Assembly (NCBI GenBank): GCA_963712745.1
Contig: CAVQJC010000017.1
Location: 192,001-256,000 of the forward strand
Source of the DNA: an uncultured Chloroflexia bacterium
Lineage (GTDB): Bacteria > Chloroflexota > Limnocylindria > Limnocylindrales > CSP1-4
Length of the DNA: 64,000 nucleotides
Direction of reading: 5' to 3'
Shown here: positions 9,896 through 19,966 of the stretch, piece after piece
Numbering within the stretch: position 1 is the stretch's first letter
How the letters are laid out: each line of letters starts with the position of its first letter
Translations under genes and position numbers: made by a program
The notes under the pieces: model-generated
Seen by the model: only the letters and a program-made list of their open reading frames with translations
Database searches by the model: none
Told to the model about the DNA's origin: nothing

Positions 9896-12247
9896 CTACT
9901 GGCGAGCGAGGGCGATGCGGATCTCCGCCTCGTGGTCTTCCACCGGCTCTCCGCTGACGTCGTAAACGGCGCGGATGACGGTGCCGGTGAAGGCGAAGGG
10001 CGGAGCGTAGCGCTGCGTGACCGGCGCCCCTGCGTCAAGGCCTACCGATATGCCGCCAGCAAGCCCGATGGTGATGGGCATCGTCACCGGCAACTCGCCC
10101 GAGCCGATGGCCTCACCGTCGACGAAGAGGGTGATGGTCCCTGGCGTGCCCTTGCCCTTCATCGGCTCGGCCGGGCCGGTGGGCTGGAACTCGAAGCTGA
10201 GGATGTGCTTGCCGGACGGAACGTCTGAGCCCGAGACGATGTCGAACTCCTGGTCGGCGACGTAGTTGTAGGTGTAGTGCAGCTTGCCGTCCAAGACGTA
10301 GAGACTGAACCCGCCGTCGACGCCACCCTGGCTCAGCAGCACCCCCTCCGCCCCCTCGTCGGGGATGACCACGCCCACGTGGGCGCTGTGGGGTCGGTTG
10401 AGCCATTTGGGTGCGGCATTCGGTGGCACCTCCTGCGTGCCCGGGTAGTAGGTGTAGCGGGTACGGTCGGGCGCGATCTGGGGCCGCTCGTCGGCGAAGC
10501 GTTGCTGGCCGCGGCCGTCCACGGGCAGCACGTTGTACTTGCCTGCCTCCGAGTACCAGAGCGCGATCATCTCGATGAGCTTGCCCCGATGCTCGGCCGC
10601 TACGTCGTGGCTCTCGGTCCAGTCCTCGGCCACGTGGTACAGCTCCCAGCCGCCGGCGTCGAGCTCGGTCAGCTTCTCCGCGGGGATGGGGGTGCCAAAG
10701 GGCTGACCTTCGGCGAAGGAGGGACCAGGCCAGGGGCAGACCGCCTTCCAGCCGTCGTGATAGATGGAGCGATGCCCGAGCATCTCGAAGTACTGCGTCC
10801 TGCGCCGGGAGGGCGCCGAAGCGTCGGCGATGGCCTCGGCCATGCTCAGACCCTCGATAGGCGACTGCTGCACGCCGCGGATGGAGGCCGGTGGCTCGAT
10901 ATCCAGCAGGTCGAGCACGGTCGGGACCATGTCGATGGCGTGGCCGTACTGCGTGCGCACTTCACCCTTGGCTTCCATGCCGGCCGGCCAGTGGATGATG
11001 AAGGGGTCGCTGATGCCGCCACGATAGGTCTCGCGCTTCCAGCGGCGGAAGGGCGTGTTGCCGGCCCAGGTCCAGCCCCAGGGGTAGTGGTTGAAGTACT
11101 TCGGTCCACCGATGTCGTCGATGGCGGCGAGGTTCTGCTCGAGGTCATCGGTCACGAAGTTGAAGAACTTGTTCTCGTTGATCGAGCCGGTAGGCCCGCC
11201 CTCGGAGCTGGCGCCGTTGTCGCTGATGACCATGACCAGCGTGTTCTCGAGCTCGCCCATCTCCTCGAGGAAGTCGATGAGCCGGCCGATGTGATGGTCG
11301 GTGTGCTCGAGGAAACCGGCGAAGACCTCCATCATGCGCGCGTACAGCCGGCGCTCGTCGTCGGACAGGCTGTCCCAGTGGGCCACGTCCGGGTCGTGAC
11401 GTGAGAGTTCCGTCTCCGGCGGGACGACGCCCAGCTCCTTCTGGCGCGCCAGGACCTTCTCGCGATAGGCCTCCCAGCCGTCGTCGAAGGCGCCCCTGTA
11501 CTTGTCCGACCACTCCTTGGCCACGTGATGCGGCGCGTGCATGGCGCCGGTGGCGAAGTAGAGGAAGAAGGGCTTGTTGGGCGCGACCTGCTTGGAGTCG
11601 GCGAGGAAGCCGATGGCACGGTCGACGAGGTCCTCGGTCAGGTGGTAGCCCTCCTCGGGCGTCTTCTCAGGCTCGACGCGGTGGTTGTCGTAGGTCAGCT
11701 CGGGGTAGTACTGGTGCGTATCACCGCCCAGGAAGCCGTAGTAGCGCTCGAAGCCGCGACCCAGCGGCCAGCGCTCGTAGGGGCCGGCCGCGGAGATCTG
11801 GTCGGCCGGGGTCAGGTGCCACTTGCCCACCGCATAGGTGTTGTAGCCCGCGCCCTGCAAGATCTCACCGAGGAAGCCGTTATCGAAGGGGATGTAGCCG
11901 TCGTAGCCAGGGAAGCCGGTGCTGATCTCGGTGATTCCGGCCATGTGGTTCGAGTGGTGGTTGCGTCCGGTCAGGATGCACGAGCGGGTGGGCGAGCAGA
12001 GTGCCGTGGTGTGCATGTTGCTGAAGCGCAGGCCGCCATCCGCGAGCTTGTCGAGGTTGGGTGTGCGGATGGGGCTGCCGTAGCAGCCGAGCTGCCCGAA
12101 GCCCGTGTCGTCGAGGACGATGAAGAGGACGTTTGGCGCGCCCTCCTCCGCGCGGCGAGGCGCTGGCCAGGCCTGCTCCGATTCATCGAAGGTCCGTCCG
12201 ACCACGCCGGAGAATGCCGTGCCGGGCCGGTATTCTTTGAGACTCAC
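9896..12247 (-). CDS. Arylsulfatase (Cys-type, formylglycine-dependent) with LamG-like C terminus
   Basis: NVLFIVLDD, signature CSPTRSCILTG, GKWHL, SDNGAS; start placed at GTG 12247 after GAGGAGG. Confidence 0.92.
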   Translation of the reverse strand: MSLKEYRPGTAFSGVVGRTFDESEQAWPAPRRAEEGAPNVLFIVLDDTGFGQLGCYGSPIRTPNLDKLADGGLRFSNMHTTALCSPTRSCILTGRNHHSNHMAGITEISTGFPGYDGYIPFDNGFLGEILQGAGYNTYAVGKWHLTPADQISAAGPYERWPLGRGFERYYGFLGGDTHQYYPELTYDNHRVEPEKTPEEGYHLTEDLVDRAIGFLADSKQVAPNKPFFLYFATGAMHAPHHVAKEWSDKYRGAFDDGWEAYREKVLARQKELGVVPPETELSRHDPDVAHWDSLSDDERRLYARMMEVFAGFLEHTDHHIGRLIDFLEEMGELENTLVMVISDNGASSEGGPTGSINENKFFNFVTDDLEQNLAAIDDIGGPKYFNHYPWGWTWAGNTPFRRWKRETYRGGISDPFIIHWPAGMEAKGEVRTQYGHAIDMVPTVLDLLDIEPPASIRGVQQSPIEGLSMAEAIADASAPSRRRTQYFEMLGHRSIYHDGWKAVCPWPGPSFAEGQPFGTPIPAEKLTELDAGGWELYHVAEDWTESHDVAAEHRGKLIEMIALWYSEAGKYNVLPVDGRGQQRFADERPQIAPDRTRYTYYPGTQEVPPNAAPKWLNRPHSAHVGVVIPDEGAEGVLLSQGGVDGGFSLYVLDGKLHYTYNYVADQEFDIVSGSDVPSGKHILSFEFQPTGPAEPMKGKGTPGTITLFVDGEAIGSGELPVTMPITIGLAGGISVGLDAGAPVTQRYAPPFAFTGTVIRAVYDVSGEPVEDHEAEIRIALARQ

Positions 12248-12466
12248 CGCTGCCTCCTCGATGGCTGAACGGATCAGGAACGTCCTATCCGCAAGTGCAT
12301 CAGGTCCGAGTGTTGTGAGCACGTTAGCAGGGGCCCGAGCCGAACGTGCGTCCGCCCGCGAATGGCGGCCCCGCCGGAGAGGCCAGGGGTCGGTTCGCGG
12401 AGGTCTACGGTCGAATCTGGCTGACCCGACGCACGACCAAGGCAGAGGCGCGGTAGCCTCGGGGCC

Positions 12467-13645
12467 GTGGGAGTGATCGGTTTCCTGCGTGCGCATGTCG
12501 ATGCCCTGGTCGCCATGGTGCTGGCGGCTGCCTTCCTGGCGGAGGTCTACCTGGCCCAGTCGCCCATCACCGGCCAGTCCTTCGTCGCCTCGCTCGACAT
12601 CGACGAGGCCGTGGCCATCGGAGTTGGCACGGGCTTCCTGCTCTCGCTGGCCGCCCGGACCACGTTGCCCCTGCTGTCCCTGGCCTTGGCTTTCGGTGCC
12701 TTTGCCCTGCTGGGGCAGGGTGAGTTCGACGCCATCGCCACGCTCATGCTCGGCGCCGCGCTGGCGACCTATTCGGTCGGCGCCTGGACCGGCGGCCGCA
12801 CCGCCCAGATCGGCGCGGTCGGCGTCGGTGCCCTGGTGGGCCTGGTGGTGATTCGGGCCACGAGCGGGCCGGTCGAGCCGCGCGACCTGGCCGGGCCCAT
12901 CTTCGTGCTCTTCGGGTCATGGCTCCTGGGCCTGGCCGTACGCAGCATCCGCGCGTCCCGCGACGACGAGCGCGTGACCGGCGGGCTGGACTGGGAGGCG
13001 GCCGCTTCGATCGCAGCGCCGGACTCGGCCGGCCGCGACGAGACGGTGCGCGAGCTGCGCGACGTCATCGAGCGAGCCATGAGCGCGGTCATCCTGCAGG
13101 CTCGCAACGCTCGCCGCGCGCTCGACACCGACCCAGGAGCTGCTCACAAGGCTCTGACTGTGGTCGAGGCCGCCGGTACCGAGGCGCTGGAAGAGACGCA
13201 GCGGCTCACGGGCCTGCTTCTCTCGCCCGACGGCGCGCCGCTGCCGGAGCCACAGCCGGGCCTGGCCGACGTCGACTTCCTCGCCGAGCAACTGATCAAC
13301 GCCGGCCTGCCGGTGGATACGCGTGTGGAGGGACGGCCGCTGCCGCTCACGCCCGACCTGGATGCCGTGGCCTATCGGGTCATCCACGAGTCTCTCATGG
13401 CCACCTTGGACGGCGCGCGCGACGCGTCCTCCAGCGTGGTCGTTCGCTATGAGCCTGACGAACTCCAGATCGAGGTCGTCGACGACGGCATCGCTGCCGA
13501 GGGCGATAGTGGCGGAGAGACCGCAGGTCTCGTCGCCGTCCGGGACGAGGTCGCTGCCCTCGGCGGCACACTCGATGCGGGGCCCGGCGAGGAGCGAGGC
13601 TATTGGGTCCTGGCCAGGCTGCCTTACGAGCCCGACTGGAGTTGA
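12467..13645 (+). CDS. Membrane sensor-kinase-like protein (HisKA_3/HATPase fold), catalytic residues degenerate
   Basis: Several N-terminal TM helices; RELRDVIERAMS, PQPGLAD, AYRVIHESL, EVVDDG, LGGTLDAGP, VLARLP align with the DesK/NarX type. Confidence 0.75.
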   Translation: MGVIGFLRAHVDALVAMVLAAAFLAEVYLAQSPITGQSFVASLDIDEAVAIGVGTGFLLSLAARTTLPLLSLALAFGAFALLGQGEFDAIATLMLGAALATYSVGAWTGGRTAQIGAVGVGALVGLVVIRATSGPVEPRDLAGPIFVLFGSWLLGLAVRSIRASRDDERVTGGLDWEAAASIAAPDSAGRDETVRELRDVIERAMSAVILQARNARRALDTDPGAAHKALTVVEAAGTEALEETQRLTGLLLSPDGAPLPEPQPGLADVDFLAEQLINAGLPVDTRVEGRPLPLTPDLDAVAYRVIHESLMATLDGARDASSSVVVRYEPDELQIEVVDDGIAAEGDSGGETAGLVAVRDEVAALGGTLDAGPGEERGYWVLARLPYEPDWS

Positions 13646-13695
13646 CCGCTCCGAGTCGCTAGGCTGTGGCGCCCACCCCCACAGGAGGATCCCCC

Positions 13696-14106
13696 ATGAG
13701 CGCACTGGGCAGTGGCACCAGGGATGACCCCTGGGTCTTGCAGACCCCGCCCGGCTCGTCCGAGTACACGATGTACCGCGACGAGGAAGCCGATCCGCCG
13801 GCGCTGATCTGCCAGGTCGGTTCGACGAAGCTCTCATACCAGCTGCGTTGCATCGAGGACCTGCACGCGATGCTCAAGGCGCACGGCGACTGGATGGACC
13901 TGGGCGCTGCGGACGAGAGCAAGGAGGCCAAGCCCGACACGGTCGAGGCCTGGGGGCGTGCGGCCGATAACCCGGTCGGCGGCTTCTATGGGCTGCGCAA
14001 GGGCTACCGCGGACGCTTCGGCATGTACGTTCCGCCGTTGCTGGAGGCGTTGGGCCTGGCCGAGCTCACCCACGAGAAGCGCAACAACCGTATGCGCGCG
14101 AGGTAG
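13696..14106 (+). CDS. Conserved hypothetical protein (DUF6855-like)
   Basis: GTRDDPWVLQTPPGSSEY...NPVGGFYGLRKGYRGRFGMY; AGGAGG Shine-Dalgarno before ATG 13696. Confidence 0.7.
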   Translation: MSALGSGTRDDPWVLQTPPGSSEYTMYRDEEADPPALICQVGSTKLSYQLRCIEDLHAMLKAHGDWMDLGAADESKEAKPDTVEAWGRAADNPVGGFYGLRKGYRGRFGMYVPPLLEALGLAELTHEKRNNRMRAR

Positions 14107-14127
14107 GCGCCACGGGCCACGAATCAG

Positions 14128-14158
14128 GAAGGCCGCCCGGGTTGCCCGGACGGCCTTC
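14128..14158. terminator. Hairpin between convergent genes
   Basis: GAAGGCCG-C-CCGGG ttg CCCGG-A-CGGCCTTC. Confidence 0.65.
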
Positions 14159-14175
14159 GTCTGAGTGTGGGGAGA

Positions 14176-14439
14176 CTAGCCGGCGTCCTCGACTTCGGCC
14201 GCCATCGACTCGACGGCCTCCGCGGCCATGGACTCGACGGCCTCCATCGTCTCTTCTGCCTCGGCGGCCATGGACTCGACGGCCGCCATCGTCTCCTCGG
14301 CCTCGGCGGCCATGGACTCGACGGCCTCGACGGCCGGCGCCTCGGAGGGCTCGGGCGTAGCGTCGTCGCCATTGTCACAAGCGACGGCCACCGCGCTCAG
14401 GCTCACGGCGAGCGCGGCAGCGATCAGGATCTTCTTCAC
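14176..14439 (-). CDS. Small acidic Met-containing repeat lipoprotein
   Basis: MKK plus hydrophobic stretch plus lipobox AVAC; four AVESMAAE repeats. Confidence 0.75.
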   Translation of the reverse strand: MKKILIAAALAVSLSAVAVACDNGDDATPEPSEAPAVEAVESMAAEAEETMAAVESMAAEAEETMEAVESMAAEAVESMAAEVEDAG

Positions 14440-14602
14440 GGTGTCGGAACCTCACGTATAGGGTTTGTGCCAGAACGCTTCGTATCGTATGCCAGATGGC
14501 GCTTGTACGTCCGACTCCCGCGCCGCCGCCGTCGTACCATCGCCCGGCGCGGCTTCACCAGGACCGCCGAGATCGCCAGGCCGAGAAAGGAGTCGCTCGG
14601 GC

Positions 14603-16831
14603 ATGCCCATCGAGTGGCGCCAGGACGGGCGCCAACTGCATCTCCACAACGACACCATCAGCTACGTCATGCGCGTGCTCCAGTCGGGCACCCTGGCTCA
14701 CCTCTACTTCGGCCCGCGCCTGGCGGTCGGACGTGACTACGGGCACTTCGTGCGAAGCTCATACGTCGCCCACTTCAACCAGGTGCTGGACCCGGTCCCG
14801 CTGGAGCTACCGACGGCCGGCAGCGGCGACTTTCGCGTCCCCGGCCTCACCGTCCGCCACGCGGACGGCAGCACCGTCCTGGACCTGGTCTATCGCGAGC
14901 ATGCGATCAGCGCGGGCAAGCCGCCGCTGGACGGCCTGCCCAGCACCTACGTCGACGACGACGCCGAGGCAGATACGGTCGAGATCTGCCTTGTCGACGG
15001 CAACTCGAGCATGCGCGTGCGCCTGTACACGACCATCTATGCCGAACGTCCGGTGGTCACGCGAAGCATGCGTGTCATCAACGAGGGCCCCGGCGACGTC
15101 AAGATCACGACCGCCATGAGTGCGGTCCTCGACCTGCCCGATCCCGACTGGCATCTCTTGCAGCTCACCGGCGAGTGGGCTCGCGAGACGCACATCACCG
15201 ACGCGCCTCTGGTCGCGGGCACGCGCGCTGTGCGCAGCCAGCGGGGCGCGTCAGGCCACCAGCAGAACCCGTTCATGCTGCTCCGCCGCCCGACCACGAC
15301 CGAGTCCGCGGGCGAGGCTATCGGCATGTCGCTCGTCTACTCGGGCAACTTCCTCGCCGAGGTCGAGCGCGACTCGACCGACAGCGTGCGGGCACGCATC
15401 GGCTTCGATCCCGAGACCATCCGCTGGCAGGTCAGCGCGGGCATGGACCTGCAGATCCCCGAGGCCGTGCTGGTCTGGTCCGACGAGGGCATGGGTGGTG
15501 TGTCCGACGCCTACCACCGGCTCTACCGCGAGCGGCTGGCCACAGGCGCCTGGCGGGACAGGCCTCGGCCGGTGCTACTCAACAGCTGGGAAGGCGTGTA
15601 CTACGACTTCGACGAGGACGCCCTGATCGAGATGGCCCAAGCAGCCAGGGAGCTGGGCGTGGAGCTCTTCGTGCTCGATGACGGGTGGTTCGGCCAGCGC
15701 GACGACGACAGCTCATCGCTCGGGGACTGGACGGTCGACCTGCGCAAGCTGCCCTCTGGCCTGCCCGAGCTCGTCGACCGCGTCAACGAGCTCGGCCTGC
15801 TCTTCGGTATCTGGATCGAGCCCGAGATGGTGAGCCCGCGCAGCCGATTGTTCGAGCTGCATCCCGACTGGGCCGTGGGCTTCCCCGGCCGCCCACGCTC
15901 CGAGCTGCGCAATCAGTATGTGCTCGACATGTCCAATCCCGAGGTCGTCGACTACCTCGAGCGCGTCGTCGGCAACGTCCTCGCCAGCGCGCCGATCGCC
16001 TACGTGAAGTGGGACATGAACCGGGTCATCACCGAGCCCTACGGCGCCTCGCTGCCGCCCGAGCGCCAGAACGAGTTCTTCCACCGTTACATGCTCGGTG
16101 TCTACGATCTCTACTCGCGCTTGACCGAGCGCTTCTCCGAGGTCCTCTTCGAGTCGTGCGCCGGCGGCGGAGGCCGAAACGACCCGGGCATGCTCGCCTT
16201 CGCGCCGCAAGCCTGGATCAGCGACGACACCGACGCGGTCGAGCGCCAGAAGATCCAATACGGCACCTCGCTGGTGTACCCGCTGGTGGCCATGGGCGCC
16301 CACGTCTCAGACGTCCCCAACCACCAGCTGGGCCGGGTCACACCGCTGGAGACACGGGCTGCGGTGGCCTTCTTCGGCAACCTCGGCTACGAGCTGGACC
16401 CCCGCCAGCTCGACGAGGTCGAGCTCGAGCGGGTCCAGGCGCAGATCGCCTGGTACAAGGAGCGCCGTGAGCTCATCCACGGTGGACGCTTCCACCGTCT
16501 CCGCAGCCCCTTCGAGGGCGACCGCAACGAGACCGCCTGGATGGTCGTCGCCGATGACGCGAGCCAGGCGCTGGTGGGCTGGTACCGGACGCTGTCGAAG
16601 CCGCTGCCGGGGCCGTCGCTGCTGCGTGTCCGGGGACTCGACCCCGGGCGCCGCTACCGCGTCACGGTATGGCCCGAAAGGGATGACTGGGTCAACCGCG
16701 CCAACGCGCTGGAGCGGGGTGGGGATGAACTCATGGCCCAGGGGCTCTTCCTTGACGACCATGCCTGGGAGTCGCAGGCGCGCGGCGACTTCCGGGCCCA
16801 CATCTTCGAACTGGAAGCGGTCGCCGGATGA
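14603..16831 (+). CDS. Alpha-galactosidase, GH36
   Basis: LLNSWEG, FVLDDGWFG, FGIWIEPEMV, YVKWDMNR, ESCAGGGGR, WISDDTD; GAAAGGAG Shine-Dalgarno. Confidence 0.95.
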   Translation: MPIEWRQDGRQLHLHNDTISYVMRVLQSGTLAHLYFGPRLAVGRDYGHFVRSSYVAHFNQVLDPVPLELPTAGSGDFRVPGLTVRHADGSTVLDLVYREHAISAGKPPLDGLPSTYVDDDAEADTVEICLVDGNSSMRVRLYTTIYAERPVVTRSMRVINEGPGDVKITTAMSAVLDLPDPDWHLLQLTGEWARETHITDAPLVAGTRAVRSQRGASGHQQNPFMLLRRPTTTESAGEAIGMSLVYSGNFLAEVERDSTDSVRARIGFDPETIRWQVSAGMDLQIPEAVLVWSDEGMGGVSDAYHRLYRERLATGAWRDRPRPVLLNSWEGVYYDFDEDALIEMAQAARELGVELFVLDDGWFGQRDDDSSSLGDWTVDLRKLPSGLPELVDRVNELGLLFGIWIEPEMVSPRSRLFELHPDWAVGFPGRPRSELRNQYVLDMSNPEVVDYLERVVGNVLASAPIAYVKWDMNRVITEPYGASLPPERQNEFFHRYMLGVYDLYSRLTERFSEVLFESCAGGGGRNDPGMLAFAPQAWISDDTDAVERQKIQYGTSLVYPLVAMGAHVSDVPNHQLGRVTPLETRAAVAFFGNLGYELDPRQLDEVELERVQAQIAWYKERRELIHGGRFHRLRSPFEGDRNETAWMVVADDASQALVGWYRTLSKPLPGPSLLRVRGLDPGRRYRVTVWPERDDWVNRANALERGGDELMAQGLFLDDHAWESQARGDFRAHIFELEAVAG

Positions 16832-18102
16832 ATCTCGACGCGGCGGTGGATCTCGACGCGGCGGCTGGGGGCGCAGACGACATGGCGGTCGGACAGCCAT
16901 TCCCGGTCGGGGTCAACTACTGGCCGCGGCACAAGGCCATGTACTGGTGGAAGGACTTCGAGCGCGACGAGGTCGCTGCCGAGTTCGACGTCATCGCCGC
17001 CCTGGGCATGCGGCTCGTGCGCATCTTCCTGCTGTGGGAGGACTTCCAGCCCACGCCCGACGCTGTCTCGCCGACTGCCCTGGCCGACCTCGAGACGGTC
17101 TGCGACGTGGCTGCCGAGCGTGGCCTCGGCCTGGACGTGACCTTCTTCACCGGCCACATGAGCGGCCCCAACTGGGCGCCGTCGTGGATGCTCGGTGGCG
17201 AGCAGCCGGTGCCCGAGGGGCGGCAGGTCGTGAGCGGGTCAGACCGCGACGCCGGCCCGTATCGCAACCCCTTCGTCGACCCGGCGGTGCTCGACGCTGC
17301 CGAGCTGCAGCTGCGCGAGGTGGTGGGACGCCTGTCGGGTCACCGGGGCGTGTGGGCCTGGAACCTGGGCAACGAGCCCGACAACTTCGCCCTGCCCCCC
17401 TCCGACGGGGCCGGCGCTGCCTGGGCCGCGCGCATGTTCGATGTCATCTCCGAGCTCGACCCCGGGCGCCACCGCACGATAGGGCTGCATTCACCCTCAC
17501 TGATGTCGCTGAACCATCTGCGCGCCGACCAGGTCTTCGCACGGGCCGATTTCTCGGTCATGCACACCTATCCCATCTACGCGAACTTCGGCGACGACGC
17601 GCTCGATCCTGACATCGTGCCTTTCGCCACCGCGCTGACCGCCGCGCTCTCGGGCAAGCCCGCGATGATGGAGGAGTTCGGGGCCTGCACGGCGCCGCCG
17701 GGTTCGGACACCGTCACCTGGAGTTGGCAGGCACCGTACCGCTCTCACGACCAGATCATGCTCTCCGAGGAAGCGCTGGCCGACCACCTGGCCGAGGTGC
17801 TGCCGCGGCTGGTCGAGGTCGGCTCCACCGGCGCGCTGGTGTGGTGCTTCGCCGACTATCACCCGGATCTGTGGGACCGGCCACCCTGTGACCACCAGCG
17901 GCACGAGCGTCACTTCGGGCTGGTCCGGCCGGACGGGTCGCTCAAGCCGCACGCCCGCGTGATGGCTGACTTCGTCGCCTCGGGGCCCACCATCTCGGCA
18001 CCCTCGGCGCGGGCCCGTATCGAGGTCGATGCGCAGGCGTTCTACAAGGATCCGGCCGCGGCCCTGCCCGGCCTCTACGCTGCGTTCAAGGAGGGACGAT
18101 GA
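16828..18102 (+). CDS. Clan GH-A glycoside hydrolase (GH5-like, possible beta-mannanase/mannosidase)
   Basis: GVNYWP, VRIFLLWEDFQP, acid/base WNLGNEP, HTYP, nucleophile MEEFG, VWCFADY; true start may be ATG 16882. Confidence 0.8.
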   Translation: MNLDAAVDLDAAAGGADDMAVGQPFPVGVNYWPRHKAMYWWKDFERDEVAAEFDVIAALGMRLVRIFLLWEDFQPTPDAVSPTALADLETVCDVAAERGLGLDVTFFTGHMSGPNWAPSWMLGGEQPVPEGRQVVSGSDRDAGPYRNPFVDPAVLDAAELQLREVVGRLSGHRGVWAWNLGNEPDNFALPPSDGAGAAWAARMFDVISELDPGRHRTIGLHSPSLMSLNHLRADQVFARADFSVMHTYPIYANFGDDALDPDIVPFATALTAALSGKPAMMEEFGACTAPPGSDTVTWSWQAPYRSHDQIMLSEEALADHLAEVLPRLVEVGSTGALVWCFADYHPDLWDRPPCDHQRHERHFGLVRPDGSLKPHARVMADFVASGPTISAPSARARIEVDAQAFYKDPAAALPGLYAAFKEGR

Positions 18103-18458
18103 GCGAGCCGCAGCAGATGCACGTCGAGCGATCGCCGCTGCACGTGCGCGACGTACCCGGGCGGAGCCGGTACGAGGCCAGGCTGGGCGACGACGAGGAG
18201 ATCGCTGGCCTCCTCGACTATGCCCTGGGCAAGGGCTGGATCGCCCTGGTGCACACCGAGGTGCGGGATGGGTTCGAGGGTCAGGGCGTGGGCAGCCGGC
18301 TGGTTCGCGCGGTCCTGGCCGACCTGCGCGAGCGCGGCCTGCCGGTCATCCCCAAGTGCCCCTTCGTGGTCGGCTGGCTGCAGCGCCATCCCGAGCAGCA
18401 CGACGTTCTCTACCGCCCGCTCGAGGCGCCCGAGCCAGACGAGCCGGCACCCGCCTAG
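18099..18458 (+). CDS. Small GNAT N-acetyltransferase (YjdJ-type)
   Basis: HTEV...GQGVGSRLV...VIPKCPFV. Confidence 0.88.
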   Translation: MSEPQQMHVERSPLHVRDVPGRSRYEARLGDDEEIAGLLDYALGKGWIALVHTEVRDGFEGQGVGSRLVRAVLADLRERGLPVIPKCPFVVGWLQRHPEQHDVLYRPLEAPEPDEPAPA

Positions 18459-18461
18459 CCT

Positions 18462-19136
18462 TCAACGAGTCGTGTCGGCGAGAGCCCGCACGTTGTCCGG
18501 TTCGTCGATGGCCGGCCCCATCCGTGGATCCGCCTGCGGCCGTCCGATGCTCGTTGACACCGGCAGCACGCCGGCCCAGACGGGCCAGTCATAGTCGTCT
18601 TCCTCGTCGACCGGTGGCCCGGTGCGGATCTTGGTGGAGGCGTGCTCGAGCGGCAGGCGCAGCACGGCGGTCTGCCTGATCTCCGCCTCGGTCGTGGGTC
18701 GCAGCTGTTCTCCACGCCCCGGCACCAGACGATCGACGAAGACCTCCAGCGCGCGTGCTCTCTCGAGTGCATCGGTTATGGCCTCGGCCACGCCGTGGAT
18801 CACCACCGAGCGGTAGTTCAGCGAGTGGTGGAAGGCGGACCGCGCCAGCACCAGGCCGTCGAGCAGGGTCATCTCGACGCAGACCGGCTGCCCGCGTCCG
18901 CGCCTCACGGTGCCGCTGGCCGACGCTCCGTGCAGCAGGAGATGATCCCCGTCGCGGATCGCGAGCATGGGGATGACCACGGGCTTGCCGTCTCGGATGG
19001 TGCCGACGTGCGCGATGAGGGCGGCATCGACGATCTGGTGGACGGTCGCGCGATCGTAGCCGGCGCGCGCGGCCACGCGGCGGACGCGCAGATCTTCGCT
19101 GGGTGGCCCCGGTGCGGAGGCGCGTTCGTTGGTCAT
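18462..19136 (-). CDS. Pyridoxamine 5'-phosphate oxidase-like flavin-binding protein
   Basis: LDGLVLARSAFHHSLNYRSVV, KIRTGPP, WAGVLP. Confidence 0.88.
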   Translation of the reverse strand: MTNERASAPGPPSEDLRVRRVAARAGYDRATVHQIVDAALIAHVGTIRDGKPVVIPMLAIRDGDHLLLHGASASGTVRRGRGQPVCVEMTLLDGLVLARSAFHHSLNYRSVVIHGVAEAITDALERARALEVFVDRLVPGRGEQLRPTTEAEIRQTAVLRLPLEHASTKIRTGPPVDEEDDYDWPVWAGVLPVSTSIGRPQADPRMGPAIDEPDNVRALADTTR

Positions 19137-19191
19137 GAGTGCTACAGCCTACGCGAGGTTCGCGACGCGGACGTGCGACCATCGAGCCCAC

Positions 19192-19956
19192 ATGCCATCG
19201 ATCATCACGGCCAACGGGCTCGACATCAGCTACACCGCCGAGGGCGAGGGCCCGCCGTTGCTGCTGCTGCACGCGGCGACCTCATCGGGGACCGAGGACT
19301 GGGCCGCCCAACGCCCGGTCCTACGGCGTCACTTCAGGCTCTACCTGCCCGATGCCCGCGGCCACGCCGCCACGCGCTGGGATCCCGAACAGGGCTGGAG
19401 TCACGAGATGCTGCTGGACGATGCCCTGGCCTTCGCCGACGCACTGGGTCTGGGGCGCTTGCGCGTGGGCGGGTTGTCGATGGGGGCGACGACGGCGCTG
19501 GCGCTGGCGATGACACATCCCGAGCGCATCATCTCCGCCGTCGTGGCAGCAGCGGGCGTGGAGCGGGAACCGCGTTCGAGCGTGGCCCGGCGGTTGATGG
19601 ATCCCGAGCGGATCGAGCGCGAGGATCCGGGCTGGGCGCGCCGGCAGGCGCGCCGGCACGACCCGGTCCAGGGAGCCGGCGCCTGGAGGCGGCTGATGGT
19701 GGCCATCCGCGAGGACATCCTCAGGCAGCGCCCGCCGACGCCCGAGGAGCTCCGGCGAGCGCGGCTGCCCATCCTGCTGGCCTACGGCGACCGGGACCCG
19801 TGGGTGCCTCTCGAGCAGGCTGTGGCCCTGCGACGACAGCTGCCCGACGCCCGCCTCTTCGTCGCGCCCGGTGTTGGCCATGTAGTCGTCGCCGAGCGAC
19901 CGTCTGCCTTCAACACGCTGGTGTCGCAGTTCCTGCGCTCGGCCGGGCCGGAGTAG
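19192..19956 (+). CDS. Alpha/beta hydrolase
   Basis: PLLLLH, DARGHA, nucleophile elbow [17 protein letters not shown]. Confidence 0.88.
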   Translation: MPSIITANGLDISYTAEGEGPPLLLLHAATSSGTEDWAAQRPVLRRHFRLYLPDARGHAATRWDPEQGWSHEMLLDDALAFADALGLGRLRVGGLSMGATTALALAMTHPERIISAVVAAAGVEREPRSSVARRLMDPERIEREDPGWARRQARRHDPVQGAGAWRRLMVAIREDILRQRPPTPEELRRARLPILLAYGDRDPWVPLEQAVALRRQLPDARLFVAPGVGHVVVAERPSAFNTLVSQFLRSAGPE

Positions 19957-19966
19957 CATCGGCCGC

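Noticed and set aside
12313-12330. TTGTGAGCACGTTAGCAG as a Rex/CRP-type site upstream of the sulfatase
   Set aside because: Only one half-site matches well; not distinguishable from chance
14190-14335. Repeated GCGGCCATGGACTCGACGGCC units as a possible CRISPR array
   Set aside because: Intervening segments are short, similar to each other and in frame; they encode the lipoprotein repeats; no cas genes in the window
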